A stretch of DNA of 64,000 nucleotides from a virus (IMGVR_UViG_3300045988_165974:1-64000), one strand, 5' to 3'. Positions 38,428 to 46,497 are shown, counted from the stretch's first letter. A program made the numbers and translations. Notes: a model not told the origin generated them from the sequence alone.

Positions 38428-39738
38428 CGATTGTTATTAACTGTAAGTTTTTTACCTTACACTCTGGAGGTTTCCCTCATTTGAAGTTATCTAATCGGTA
38501 TGTTAATTCATACCCAGTCTAGCATACACCTTCACCCTCGTTTAACGTTAGGAGATTAGATTTTACTCTATATCTAATAATTCTTTAAATTATTGTGTCG
38601 GAGGCTCGTGTTAGTATTATATTCTGCATAACAGTTTCAACTATAATGCGTTACGAATTCTAAATCCTTTTAAAGACTTAGTTCATCTCGGTATTAGCAT
38701 ATTTATTAATATAGAATCGAACAGTAGTATCACTAACATTCAATTCTTTTGATATTTCATCTATTGTATTATTCTTTTTAAAATACATGTCAATAATTTT
38801 ATTTTTTATTTTTGAAGTAATCTTTTGATTATAATTATAAGGATTAGAAACACCTCTAAGATAACCATTTACAGTACTACTAGGCAATTTTACAATATTT
38901 ATAATTTCACATTCTCTTAGTCCTTGTTCTTTTAATCTCATAACTTCATCATATTTTTTTAATCTTTCTTCATATGCTATTTGTTTTGTATTTCTATTTT
39001 CATATACAACCTTTTCTACAACACTTGAAGTATATCCTTCTGATGAAACTATTTCACAAATTCTCATACCACTATCATACAATTTTAAAATTTTTTCATT
39101 TCTTTCTTGTATAAGCTTCTTTTTCATTTTGTACATTAGTGGGTTTAATTCAGGATTTATATATTTAAAAATATTTCCTCTCGCAATTTTATCAATTTGA
39201 GATTTTGAGGTATTAAAAATTTTAGCAATTTCTTTTCTATCCATTAAGTTATATATTAAAAGTTTAATTCTTCTTATATCAGATTCAGATAGTTTGGAAT
39301 GTTTCATTCTTTTAGTATTACTTAACTTGATTCTACTTTCTATTGACATAGTTCCACCACCTTCTCCTCCTTCGGTAAGATTATACCCAAAATTTGGATT
39401 AGCAGTATTGAATTTATCAATATAAAACATTTCTTTATCATTTAATTCTTCTTTAGTTGTCTCTTCTAGTAATTCAAAAATAAAACTTTCTTTTCCATAT
39501 TTATCAAAAGCATTTTGTAAATGACAATTATAATGTTTACCTCTTCTTAACAGACCTTTATGTGCTAATATTCTGTCTTTAACATGAATTGATTGACCTA
39601 TGTATTTTTTATTATCTTTTATATTTGTTATACAATAAATTCCTACCATATTCCCTCCGATTACATTAATAAATTTAGCCTCCACCGATTCCCCCCGATT
39701 TATTACCCTTATATTTCTATAAGGGAGGGCATTGGTCT
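38428..39738 (-). mobile_element. group-I-like intron (terL intron 1, family B 3' module) with a GIY-YIG endonuclease ORF
   Basis: The 5' exon ends AGGGGT. A candidate internal guide GCCCU lies 8 nt downstream. The intron ends GTTAATAACAATCG. It splits the Walker A motif. Confidence 0.7.
38678..39649 (-). CDS. intron-encoded GIY-YIG homing endonuclease with repeated C-terminal HTH modules
   Basis: Start trimmed to the ATG after GGAGGG (MVGIYCITNIKDNKKYIGQSIHVKDRILAH...NLTEGGEGG). Three or more HTH-like repeats follow (RKEIAKIFNTSKSQI, ICEIVSSEGYTSSVV, IDEISKELNVSDTTV). Confidence 0.8.
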   Translation of the reverse strand: MVGIYCITNIKDNKKYIGQSIHVKDRILAHKGLLRRGKHYNCHLQNAFDKYGKESFIFELLEETTKEELNDKEMFYIDKFNTANPNFGYNLTEGGEGGGTMSIESRIKLSNTKRMKHSKLSESDIRRIKLLIYNLMDRKEIAKIFNTSKSQIDKIARGNIFKYINPELNPLMYKMKKKLIQERNEKILKLYDSGMRICEIVSSEGYTSSVVEKVVYENRNTKQIAYEERLKKYDEVMRLKEQGLRECEIINIVKLPSSTVNGYLRGVSNPYNYNQKITSKIKNKIIDMYFKKNNTIDEISKELNVSDTTVRFYINKYANTEMN

Positions 39739-39951
39739 ACCCCTAGTACAGGACATTAAAAATTGGTCGCTTTTAAACATAAAGTATATTAATATCTGTT
39801 GGAATATATGAAGTGGAAATTCAAAATAATCCAAAGCGAATCTATGAGGGTTAGCTAAATAAAATCCACCCCAATATTCACCTATTCCTTCTAATAGATT
39901 TTCAGACGAATCATTAGATGTCAATTCTCTATCTTCATATTTAGTCCTCAT
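39739..39951 (-). CDS. terL: terminase large subunit, exon 1 of 4
   Basis: MRTKYEDREL...FEFPLHIFQQILIYFMFKSDQFLMSCTRG. The trailing RPMPSLIEI* of the track ORF is intron read-through. The start overlaps the upstream gene by 11 nt. Confidence 0.75.
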
Positions 39952-40858
39952 TTACATCACTCGCTTTTTCTAATTCTTCTTCAAATTCTTTACTTAATTC
40001 AATGGCAGTATCTCCATCTTCAATTGTATATTCCCCTGTAGCAAGTCCTAAGAACTTAGCTAAAGGTTTTATAAGATATTTAGTTATATACTTTCCAATT
40101 CCATCTATATCTTCATACTCTTCTAATTTTACTAGGATTGGCTTCGTTCTTTCATAAATTTGCATTTTAGTACCAAAAGTTTCTCCTGCCGTTTCTCCAG
40201 CTTTTTTCTTTTGATTTGGTTTTACATCGGCATCTTGCATTTTAGAAGAAACTAATTTAGACATTTTTTCAAAGGTAGCCATATCTCCATTGATTCTAGC
40301 TTTCTGACCTTCTAATTCAATCACACACAGTTCCTTAAATAGTTTCTTTGTAGTAAGTTCTCTTGGAGCATAGAACTCGTCATACTCTTTATACGCCCTT
40401 TCTAGTATACGATATTCGTCATCCGTATACCCTTTGCCCCATTTAATTCTGATTGAATAGGTGATTGGAAATTCATCCTCTGCCCCTAATTCATCTAAAA
40501 TCTTTATTTCAAATAAACTATCTAAAGAAGTCTTTCCTTTATATTTCCTATGATTAGAACCCATTCTTCTCATGTAAACAACCATAAGAGGCTCACTACC
40601 ACCCCTCAACGGCTTTGCTAGTTCTTCATCATAATAAATATCAAAGTTCATGCAAAAGTGTCTTAAAGCCAGTAATTCATTCCCTTTATATAAACCTTCT
40701 AAAACTTTATATCTTTCAAGAAGGCAATCTTTACATATCGGAATCTTTTCATCTTCATATAAGGCACTATATGTACTGTAAAAATGTCTTTGCATTTCTT
40801 TTTCTTCTTTACAATCGTTGCATTTTAATTTTGGTTTTTCTACTCTTTTCTTCTTCAA
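39941..40858 (-). CDS. putative terminase small subunit (TTG start after the GGTGAG RBS; an alternative ATG is at 40795)
   Basis: Immediately upstream of terL and overlapping it. Has an N-terminal CxxC...CxxC motif. The 5' 110 nt of the track ORF cover a terminator hairpin, so they are excluded. Confidence 0.45.
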   Translation of the reverse strand: MKKKRVEKPKLKCNDCKEEKEMQRHFYSTYSALYEDEKIPICKDCLLERYKVLEGLYKGNELLALRHFCMNFDIYYDEELAKPLRGGSEPLMVVYMRRMGSNHRKYKGKTSLDSLFEIKILDELGAEDEFPITYSIRIKWGKGYTDDEYRILERAYKEYDEFYAPRELTTKKLFKELCVIELEGQKARINGDMATFEKMSKLVSSKMQDADVKPNQKKKAGETAGETFGTKMQIYERTKPILVKLEEYEDIDGIGKYITKYLIKPLAKFLGLATGEYTIEDGDTAIELSKEFEEELEKASDVNED

Positions 40859-40872
40859 TTGTTTCTCACCTC

Positions 40873-40900
40873 TAAAAAATAGACTGCCCAGAAGGGGCAG
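40873..40900 (-). terminator. rho-independent terminator (minus strand)
   Basis: Minus strand reads CTGCCC-CTTC-GGGCAG followed by TCTATTTTTT, downstream of the ClpP-like gene. Confidence 0.6.
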
Positions 40901-40994
40901 CCTTGATAGGGAGATTGATATGATTAGTTCTACTTTAAGAACTAAAAAAAGCCTATGTAATATATACATAAGCTCGATTAATTCTTAAAATTAA

Positions 40995-41606
40995 TTAGTC
41001 TATTTCAGGATTCTCAAAATTATATACATCATGTGTATAAAATCCTTTTTTCTTAGCTTCTTTATATCCAAAGAATTTTAGACATGTTTCTGATTCTCTT
41101 AATTCTTTTCTTGTAAGTTTAGTTTTCTCTAACACTATACTATCTAACTCTCTTGATAGTTGTTTATCTGCTTTTATTATTGATTCCATTTCTTCTAAGT
41201 ATCCAGTCAATCCAAGTCCTTGATATCCTGTTCCATGTATTGCAATTTGAGAAAATCTAGTACCTGTTCTTATATCACATGATAAAAATAAATAAACTGC
41301 CATACTTGCACATTGTCCTATTATATGTCCAATTACAGGAGCTTCTAATTCTTCCATTATACTAAGTATTGCACATCCTGCATTTACACTTCCTCCTGGG
41401 GAATTAAAGTAAATTTCAACAGGTTCTAAAGACTCTTTATACTTATCTGTTTTTTCCATATTTCTAGCAACTATTTCTTCATCTTCATCTATAATATCTC
41501 TAAGCGATTTGATGATTTCAATTGCCATTTTATTATCTATTACTCCATATATTTCTAATCTTCTGTTAACTTTGTCTTTTATTTTATCTTTATTGCAATC
41601 ACTCAT
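40995..41606 (-). CDS. ClpP-family (S14) serine protease-like protein
   Basis: IYFNSPGGSVNAGCAILSIMEELEAPVIGHIIGQCASMAVYLFL...QIAIHG follows the ClpP pattern, with candidate catalytic Ser in CASMA and His in IHG. Confidence 0.65.
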   Translation of the reverse strand: MSDCNKDKIKDKVNRRLEIYGVIDNKMAIEIIKSLRDIIDEDEEIVARNMEKTDKYKESLEPVEIYFNSPGGSVNAGCAILSIMEELEAPVIGHIIGQCASMAVYLFLSCDIRTGTRFSQIAIHGTGYQGLGLTGYLEEMESIIKADKQLSRELDSIVLEKTKLTRKELRESETCLKFFGYKEAKKKGFYTHDVYNFENPEID

Positions 41607-41622
41607 ATAAATGCCTCCAATC

Positions 41623-41886
41623 TTAGTATTCTGTATCTACTGTTATTGATACATTTATTTTTTCTTTATCAATGTAATTTTTTAATATTTCTTTTATTTC
41701 ATGAACATCCATATCATTTTTTGTATCTATTGTTAATTTTAAATCTTCTTCTTTTTCTAATTTGTCTAAGACTTCATCTAATCCATAGACATTTTCTCCT
41801 ACTTTTGTTTTTTCTACAACAATTAGTTCTCCATTTTCTTCTCTAATTGTTGCATCTTTAATTGTTAATTTTGATACTTTTTTCAT
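41623..41886 (-). CDS. hypothetical protein
   Basis: 87-aa acidic ORF with a good RBS context. No motif. Confidence 0.35.
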   Translation of the reverse strand: MKKVSKLTIKDATIREENGELIVVEKTKVGENVYGLDEVLDKLEKEEDLKLTIDTKNDMDVHEIKEILKNYIDKEKINVSITVDTEY

Positions 41887-41912
41887 AACATCATTTCTCC
41901 CTATTTTTTATT

Positions 41913-41986
41913 TGGTAGCAGAAAAAGGATTCGAACCTTTAGTTTTGGATAATGAGTCCAATGTGTTACCATTACACTATTCTGCG
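41913..41986 (-). tRNA. tRNA-Met/Ile2 (anticodon CAT), CCA encoded
   Basis: Manual cloverleaf: CGCAGAA-TA-GTGT..ACAC-A-TTGGA-CTCATTA-TCCAA-AACT-AAAGG-TTCGAAT-CCTTT-TTCTGCT-A-CCA. The 1:72 pair is a C:U mismatch. Confidence 0.7.
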
Positions 41987-42007
41987 ATAATATCTTTATA
42001 AAAAAAG

Positions 42008-42030
42008 AGAAGGAGTTACCAGTTCCTTCT
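42008..42030 (-). terminator. hairpin terminator after tRNA-Asp
   Basis: AGAGAAGGA-(9 nt)-TCCTTCTCT followed on the minus strand by T7. Adjacent to an inverted copy of the island box. Confidence 0.5.
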
Positions 42031-42031
42031 C

Positions 42032-42048
42032 TTGTATAACAGCAATTT
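42032..42048 (+). repeat. island box, copy 8 (opposite orientation)
   Basis: The plus strand reads TGTATAACAGCAATTTT directly 3' of the hairpin at 42008-42030. Confidence 0.5.
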
Positions 42049-42102
42049 TTTAGATAATACTATTTACTTATTTAGCAACTTCAACTCAACTAAATAAGCG
42101 AA

Positions 42103-42177
42103 TGGCGACCTACAAGGGAATCGAACCCTTATCTTTGGATAGACAGTCCAACATAATAACCTTTATACGAGTAAGCC
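42103..42177 (-). tRNA. tRNA-Asp (anticodon GTC), CCA encoded
   Basis: Acceptor GGCTTAC/GTAGGTC, anticodon arm TTGGA-CTGTCTA-TCCAA, T arm AAGGG-TTCGATT-CCCTT, then G-CCA. The D arm is weak. Confidence 0.65.
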
Positions 42178-42193
42178 ATAACTGGGATTGAAC

Positions 42194-42330
42194 TGGAAAC
42201 AGTTGGATTTGAACCAACACCCTCTTCTTGACCTATAAGATTTAATTTCTTCTTTTAAATATATTGCTGTATGTGTCCCATAATCCCACTAGACACATAA
42301 TTATTTGTGCTACCATTACACCATGTTTCC
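42194..42330 (-). ncRNA. tRNA-like gene with ~75-nt insert in the anticodon/variable region (box copy 7 inside)
   Basis: Acceptor GGAAACA/TGTTTCC, D arm GTGT-AATGGTA-GCAC, T arm GTTGG-TTCAAAT-CCAAC. Between the D and T arms are 90 nt including the hairpin ATGTGTC-(14)-GACACAT + ACAGCAAT. No CCA is encoded. Confidence 0.55.
42261..42279 (-). repeat. island box, copy 7
   Basis: The minus strand reads GGGACACATACAGCAATAT. Confidence 0.6.
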
Positions 42331-42453
42331 ATATTCGAGAGAGGAAATTATTCCTCTCTGTTTGTATATCTTGGAGGTTTTAAAATGATGAATAATAATT
42401 ACAATACACTTATTTATATTTTCAAAATGTTTTGTGGTTGAAAAATTAAATTA

Positions 42454-42473
42454 ATATTGCTGTATGTGTATTT
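42454..42473 (-). repeat. island box, copy 6
   Basis: The minus strand reads AAATACACATACAGCAATAT, starting at the stop codon of the Ro60-like gene. Confidence 0.6.
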
Positions 42474-42476
42474 ATA

Positions 42477-43991
42477 TTATACAGTTATGCAAGAATATCT
42501 TTCTTGATTTACTGCTTCCATCATTAATTCATACCCTGTTTTACCTGTTAATATTATTTCAAATGTAGATGGTGAAAATCCACTTACATATGAAATTCTT
42601 CCACTTCCTAGCATTGGAATATTATTTTGTCTTGCATCGACATTCCAATATATTAAATGTGGTATTTCATATCCATGTGATTGCCATTTTTTAGCTATTG
42701 ATTCCATTAATGTTTCATGTGAGCTATATTTTTGTTCACTTCTACTACTTCTCCAGCTCCAACAATTGAATTCATCAACTCCATTGTCAAATTCCATATC
42801 TGAAATTATAGCAATATTTTGTGGCAAATCTTCTTGAGATAAATTATTTTTTAATGCAGTATTTAATACTAAATCAAATACAGATTCAATATTTGTATTT
42901 TCACATAAATTAGTATCGTATATTCTTCTAACTTTATCTACAAAGTCAATTCCTTCAACTTCTACTAATCTAGCCTTTCTACTAAAACTTATGTAATGGT
43001 CTTTAAATGGACCTTTATTTCTTTCTGCACAATAAATTCCAAGTGAAATTGCTACATTTATTGGAGTCCCCCACATAGAACCTGATGTATCTACAACAGG
43101 TAATAAACTACAAGATTTCCCATTAAAGTAATCTTTTAAATTATCCCAATATTTATTTACAACATTTCTTTCAGTAGTTGAAGTTGAGAAACTATGTCTT
43201 AGTCCAATAGCTTTTTCTACGACTTCATAAGGATATAATGTAGCTGCATTTACAGTAGTCTTATCACTATTCATAAAAGCACTATATCTTTCTTCACAAT
43301 GTCTTTCAAAAGCTTTTCTATATTTAAGTCCTGCTTTACTTGGAAGTTTATCAAATTCTATTTCATGCCAATTATTAGAACTCATTTGTGTTTCAACTAA
43401 TCTTATATGATTTCTTAATTTCACTAATGTTTTTCTATATTTTTTAGCATTCATATTCAACTTTTTAGCAAAATATTTAGCTTTAAGTTTAGTATTAACA
43501 CTACTTGCTCCAAGTGAAGGCATCCACTTAGCTAATAAAGATATTGGTTTATTATTGTTCATATCTTTAAGGTCTGTTTCTAATTGATTTTTAACAATAG
43601 ATAAAACTTCTTTTTCGAACTTAGAACCTTTATATCCTAATTCTAATAAATCGTCCCATCTCCCAAACTCTGCAAAATAAATTAAATTCTTTTTTAATGC
43701 TTTAGAATTATTTTTTTCTAACCATTTTGTTATAACTCTAAATAATCTTCTTTCACCTTGTCCTCCTCGGACATCTCTAAAATAAAATAATAATTTCATT
43801 GATATTAAAGGATTTTCTTTATATGCTTTTTTAAATTGTAAAATTACATCTTCTTCACTACGATTTCTCATAGCTCCCCCAAAAGCGAAAAAATCTAAAC
43901 AATTACTAAAAGTAGTAACATGAGTAGTAGCTCCGTTTTCAGTTAAAGTATAATTTTCTTCTTCTTTTAAATTTCTTAAAAGTTTATTCAT
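42477..43991 (-). CDS. Ro60/TROVE-like RNA-binding protein with C-terminal vWA domain (DUF2828-type architecture)
   Basis: The N-terminus TLTENGATTHVTTFSNCLDFFAFGGAMR...LFYFRDVRGGQGERRLF has the TROVE/DUF2828-like pattern. The C-terminal vWA carries the MIDAS motif LLPVVDTSGSMWG. 504 aa. Confidence 0.6.
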   Translation of the reverse strand: MNKLLRNLKEEENYTLTENGATTHVTTFSNCLDFFAFGGAMRNRSEEDVILQFKKAYKENPLISMKLLFYFRDVRGGQGERRLFRVITKWLEKNNSKALKKNLIYFAEFGRWDDLLELGYKGSKFEKEVLSIVKNQLETDLKDMNNNKPISLLAKWMPSLGASSVNTKLKAKYFAKKLNMNAKKYRKTLVKLRNHIRLVETQMSSNNWHEIEFDKLPSKAGLKYRKAFERHCEERYSAFMNSDKTTVNAATLYPYEVVEKAIGLRHSFSTSTTERNVVNKYWDNLKDYFNGKSCSLLPVVDTSGSMWGTPINVAISLGIYCAERNKGPFKDHYISFSRKARLVEVEGIDFVDKVRRIYDTNLCENTNIESVFDLVLNTALKNNLSQEDLPQNIAIISDMEFDNGVDEFNCWSWRSSRSEQKYSSHETLMESIAKKWQSHGYEIPHLIYWNVDARQNNIPMLGSGRISYVSGFSPSTFEIILTGKTGYELMMEAVNQERYSCITV

Positions 43992-44058
43992 ATCATCTCT
44001 CCAATCAAGATACCTTTGTGTTTCCCTTTTGCTGATTGTATCTTTATATTATTTTTTA

Positions 44059-44132
44059 TGGCAGACTAAAATGGATTTGAACCATTATCTTCAAGATTCG
44101 GAGTCTCGATGTTTTACTTAAACCATTAGCCT
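44059..44132 (-). tRNA. tRNA-Arg (anticodon CCG), CCA encoded
   Basis: Acceptor AGGCTAA/TTAGTCT, D arm GTTT..AAAC, anticodon arm CGAGA-CTCCGAA-TCTTG, T arm AATGG-TTCAAAT-CCATT, then G-CCA. Confidence 0.7.
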
Positions 44133-44453
44133 ATAAAAATTTCTAGCTAGAAAATAATTAAAATTAATTAGATTAAAATTCATTATACTTGGTTAACTCC
44201 CTGATTTCTTTTAGTTGTGTATCAGGGGAAAACAACAAGTAATTACTATATTAACTTAATAGGATATTATACTTCCGACATTCTTATTAATCGCTATCGG
44301 ATGTGCGATTTATTTTGTTTGCAAACATCTTTAGTGTAGTTCCCGTAAAAAACTTACTTGCTATAAAAAAAACTTTCAGAAATCACTACACATGACAGAT
44401 TATGTAGGTGGGGTCTGTCTCCATACACCATACAAACGAGATGATTTTTTCTT

Positions 44454-44519
44454 TGGACTTAATCGGAATTGAACCGATAACATCATGCCTGATAATTTTC
44501 CCCATTAAACTATAAGTCC
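44454..44519 (-). ncRNA. tRNA-like gene with truncated anticodon arm (66 nt)
   Basis: Acceptor GGACTTA/TAAGTCC and T arm ATCGG-TTCAATT-CCGAT are perfect. The anticodon arm is reduced to ATCA-GGCA-TGAT. No CCA is encoded. Confidence 0.45.
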
Positions 44520-44525
44520 ATATAA

Positions 44526-44597
44526 TGACCTATGAGGGAATTGAACCCTCGCCCTCACCGTGAAAGGGTGATGTCTTAGCCACTTGACTAATAGGTC
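44526..44597 (-). tRNA. tRNA-Glu (anticodon TTC)
   Basis: GACCTAT-TA-GTC..GAC-A-TCACC-CTTTCAC-GGTGA-GGGC-GAGGG-TTCAATT-CCCTC-ATAGGTC-A. All stems are canonical. Confidence 0.85.
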
Positions 44598-44602
44598 ATG
44601 CT

Positions 44603-44678
44603 TGGTCTAAGTAGAGGGACTCGAACCCCCAGTCTCCACATCCCAAATGTGGCGGTCTACCAAATTAACCTATACCTA
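44603..44678 (-). tRNA. tRNA-Pro (anticodon TGG), CCA encoded
   Basis: CTAGGTA-TA-GGTT..GACC-G-CCACA-TTTGGGA-TGTGG-AGACT-GGGGG-TTCGAGT-CCCTC-TACTTAG-A-CCA. Confidence 0.85.
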
Positions 44679-44777
44679 GATATTAGAGTCTAGCATCAAA
44701 ATACTAGGCTTAATCATAACAATAATTTTTAATCAAGACTCTATTTAATACTCGTTTTTAACAGAAACGTAATTAAT

Positions 44778-44797
44778 AAATTGCTGTTAGAGTCTTT
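44778..44797 (-). repeat. island box, copy 9 (55 nt downstream of the iscB stop)
   Basis: The minus strand reads AAAGACTCTAACAGCAATTT. Confidence 0.55.
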
Positions 44798-44851
44798 TTA
44801 TAAATATTTAGCCAGAAAACCCATTCCCTTTAGGTGATGGGATGAATGGCG

Positions 44852-46114
44852 TTAAATTGCTACTGTCTGTACCATTTGTGATGTTCTTGCAGTGACTCGC
44901 TTACAGTTACTTAACTTTGGCGTTTTAAAACCTCTTGGCATTGCTGAAAAAACAATCTTATTCCCATCAATGTCCATAAGAATTGCATATCCTGTAAACA
45001 TTCTTCCCTTAATAAAGTATTCCTTGCCAAAGTATTTTACTTTGTCATATTTTCTAAAACCGTATATTTTACCAGTTGTAATAGGCTGTTCTGAACGAAC
45101 ACCTTTTGTTTTTCGAAAATCACCATCAGAAACACATTTCTTTTTGTAAAGATTACTCCTTACATAAAAAGCATTCCCTTGTGTTGATATAGTACAAGCA
45201 TCATAATAATGTTTTTTGTCTATCCCTAAATGTAAACGATTAGTCTTTGTCACATATCCAAAAGTTTCAATAGCATTTGGATAGAATCTGAAAAGCTGCT
45301 TACGGATAGAATTCATTTGCGTAGCATATTTAAGATTACCCTTAACTTTACCGCTTAATTTAGGGTTAATCTTCTCACTATGTAAATCTTTATGACAGGT
45401 GTGACATAAAGTAATTAAATTACTTTCTTCGTCAGAACCACCTTGACTACGAAATACAATATGATGAACTTCTAATTTGCTATCCTTATGCTTGCCTTTA
45501 CAATATTGACAAGTATAGTTATCTCTATTAAGTACCATTGCTTTTGTATTTTCAAATCCATAGTTAACACCTTTCTGATACCCCCAATGTCTAACCTTGG
45601 AATTTGCAAGTATTGGATTTTTCATTAAATGCATATCAAACTTCCCTGTTTCAAATACTAAAGTTGTAATTGGTAAAATAGATTTAATATATTCTATTTC
45701 CTTTACATGACTATGAAGTTTGCTCTGCATTGTAGGACTAAATCTATCCTTTCTAATAGAATTTGCACGATTTAACCATCTTGCTTTTCTATAACGAGTT
45801 TTACGATTTCGTCTGTTTCTACGATACTTTGCTCTTTGTGTCATTTTGTTAGTAATGTCGTTTCTTACAACAATTTCCGACATATAAACAATATTTCCTT
45901 TTTCATCTGATACTGCTGTTCCTATTGTTCCACTACCTGTATCTACACCTAAAATTAAATCTTGAGTGTAGTTTGTACTGTCATACAATAGTTTAATTGT
46001 AAACGGACAACGACTAACAACTTTAGCTTTTCTATCTTTTAACAGATGTCTGATTTTCCCATACCTATTCGTAGGCATAAGTGGTTGTCCATCTTTGTTT
46101 AATACATATACCAT
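44852..46114 (-). CDS. iscB: IscB (OMEGA-family RNA-guided RuvC/HNH nuclease)
   Basis: PLMP domain (KDGQPLMPT). RuvC-I ILGVDTGSGTIG. Arg-rich bridge helix RAKYRRNRRNRKTRYRKARW. HNH CQYCKG...LEVHHIV...NLITLCHTCHKDLH. RuvC-III KHYYDAC. 420 aa. Confidence 0.9.
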   Translation of the reverse strand: MVYVLNKDGQPLMPTNRYGKIRHLLKDRKAKVVSRCPFTIKLLYDSTNYTQDLILGVDTGSGTIGTAVSDEKGNIVYMSEIVVRNDITNKMTQRAKYRRNRRNRKTRYRKARWLNRANSIRKDRFSPTMQSKLHSHVKEIEYIKSILPITTLVFETGKFDMHLMKNPILANSKVRHWGYQKGVNYGFENTKAMVLNRDNYTCQYCKGKHKDSKLEVHHIVFRSQGGSDEESNLITLCHTCHKDLHSEKINPKLSGKVKGNLKYATQMNSIRKQLFRFYPNAIETFGYVTKTNRLHLGIDKKHYYDACTISTQGNAFYVRSNLYKKKCVSDGDFRKTKGVRSEQPITTGKIYGFRKYDKVKYFGKEYFIKGRMFTGYAILMDIDGNKIVFSAMPRGFKTPKLSNCKRVTARTSQMVQTVAI

Positions 46115-46117
46115 AAA

Positions 46118-46435
46118 CAGATATTCCTTTCATTAAATTAAATTAATAACTCAGCTACACAAGTAACTGTTATGCGTACTATACTGTACTGTTACCATAC
46201 AGTTGTTTCGACTTCAACTCGACAATGATATAAAGGCTTTTTACATATACATTACAAGGCTGTTCTTACTCTGACCTAACTTAAATGTATACGATAGAGC
46301 AATGGTCTGTTGCGTCAACCAAAGGTATCATGACTTAAATATCGTAGCCATCATTTCTGTGGCTTAGTCTGGTGAACCATTTAACAGAAGCCCATAAGCT
46401 TTAGCTTGTGGGTAGTTCACTTAATTATTCCTGGA
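46118..46435 (-). ncRNA. candidate IscB omega RNA (structured 5' leader of iscB)
   Basis: 320 nt ORF-free region directly upstream of iscB. It has nested stems, e.g. GTGAAC...GTTCAC enclosing CCCACAAGCT-AA-AGCTTATGGG. Upstream is a possible promoter, TTGAAA-N16-TAATTA. IscB loci are known to encode their guide RNA here. Confidence 0.6.
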
Positions 46436-46497
46436 AGGAGATTTTTCAATTACAATGCACAAATATTATTAATAAAATCCTTTTTTTATCATAAACA

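Noticed and set aside
14370-39738. Group II introns as the intervening sequences
   Set aside because: There is no reverse transcriptase/maturase ORF and no GUGYG...AY termini. The non-coding portions are only ~250-650 nt, and all elements show the group I signature of U before the 5' splice site and a terminal G. The group I assignment itself still needs a covariance-model check.
39709-39738. C-terminal residues RPMPSLIEI of ORF 39709-39951, KYGYNYNIS of ORF 19319-22318 and the terminal W-stop context of 36729-36926 as genuine protein ends
   Set aside because: They begin exactly at the predicted 5' splice sites and are best read as read-through into intron sequence.
9897-39951. Inteins as the explanation for the split TMP and terL
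   Set aside because: The endonuclease ORFs are not in frame with the host genes. They are separated from the exons by stop codons and hundreds of nt of non-coding sequence, and they have their own RBSs. This fits introns, not inteins.
40859-40969. N-terminal 37 codons of ORF 39941-40969 (MYILHRLFLVLKV...)
   Set aside because: This part overlaps a terminator hairpin plus T-run and precedes a good GGTGAG RBS with a TTG start. It is treated as non-coding.
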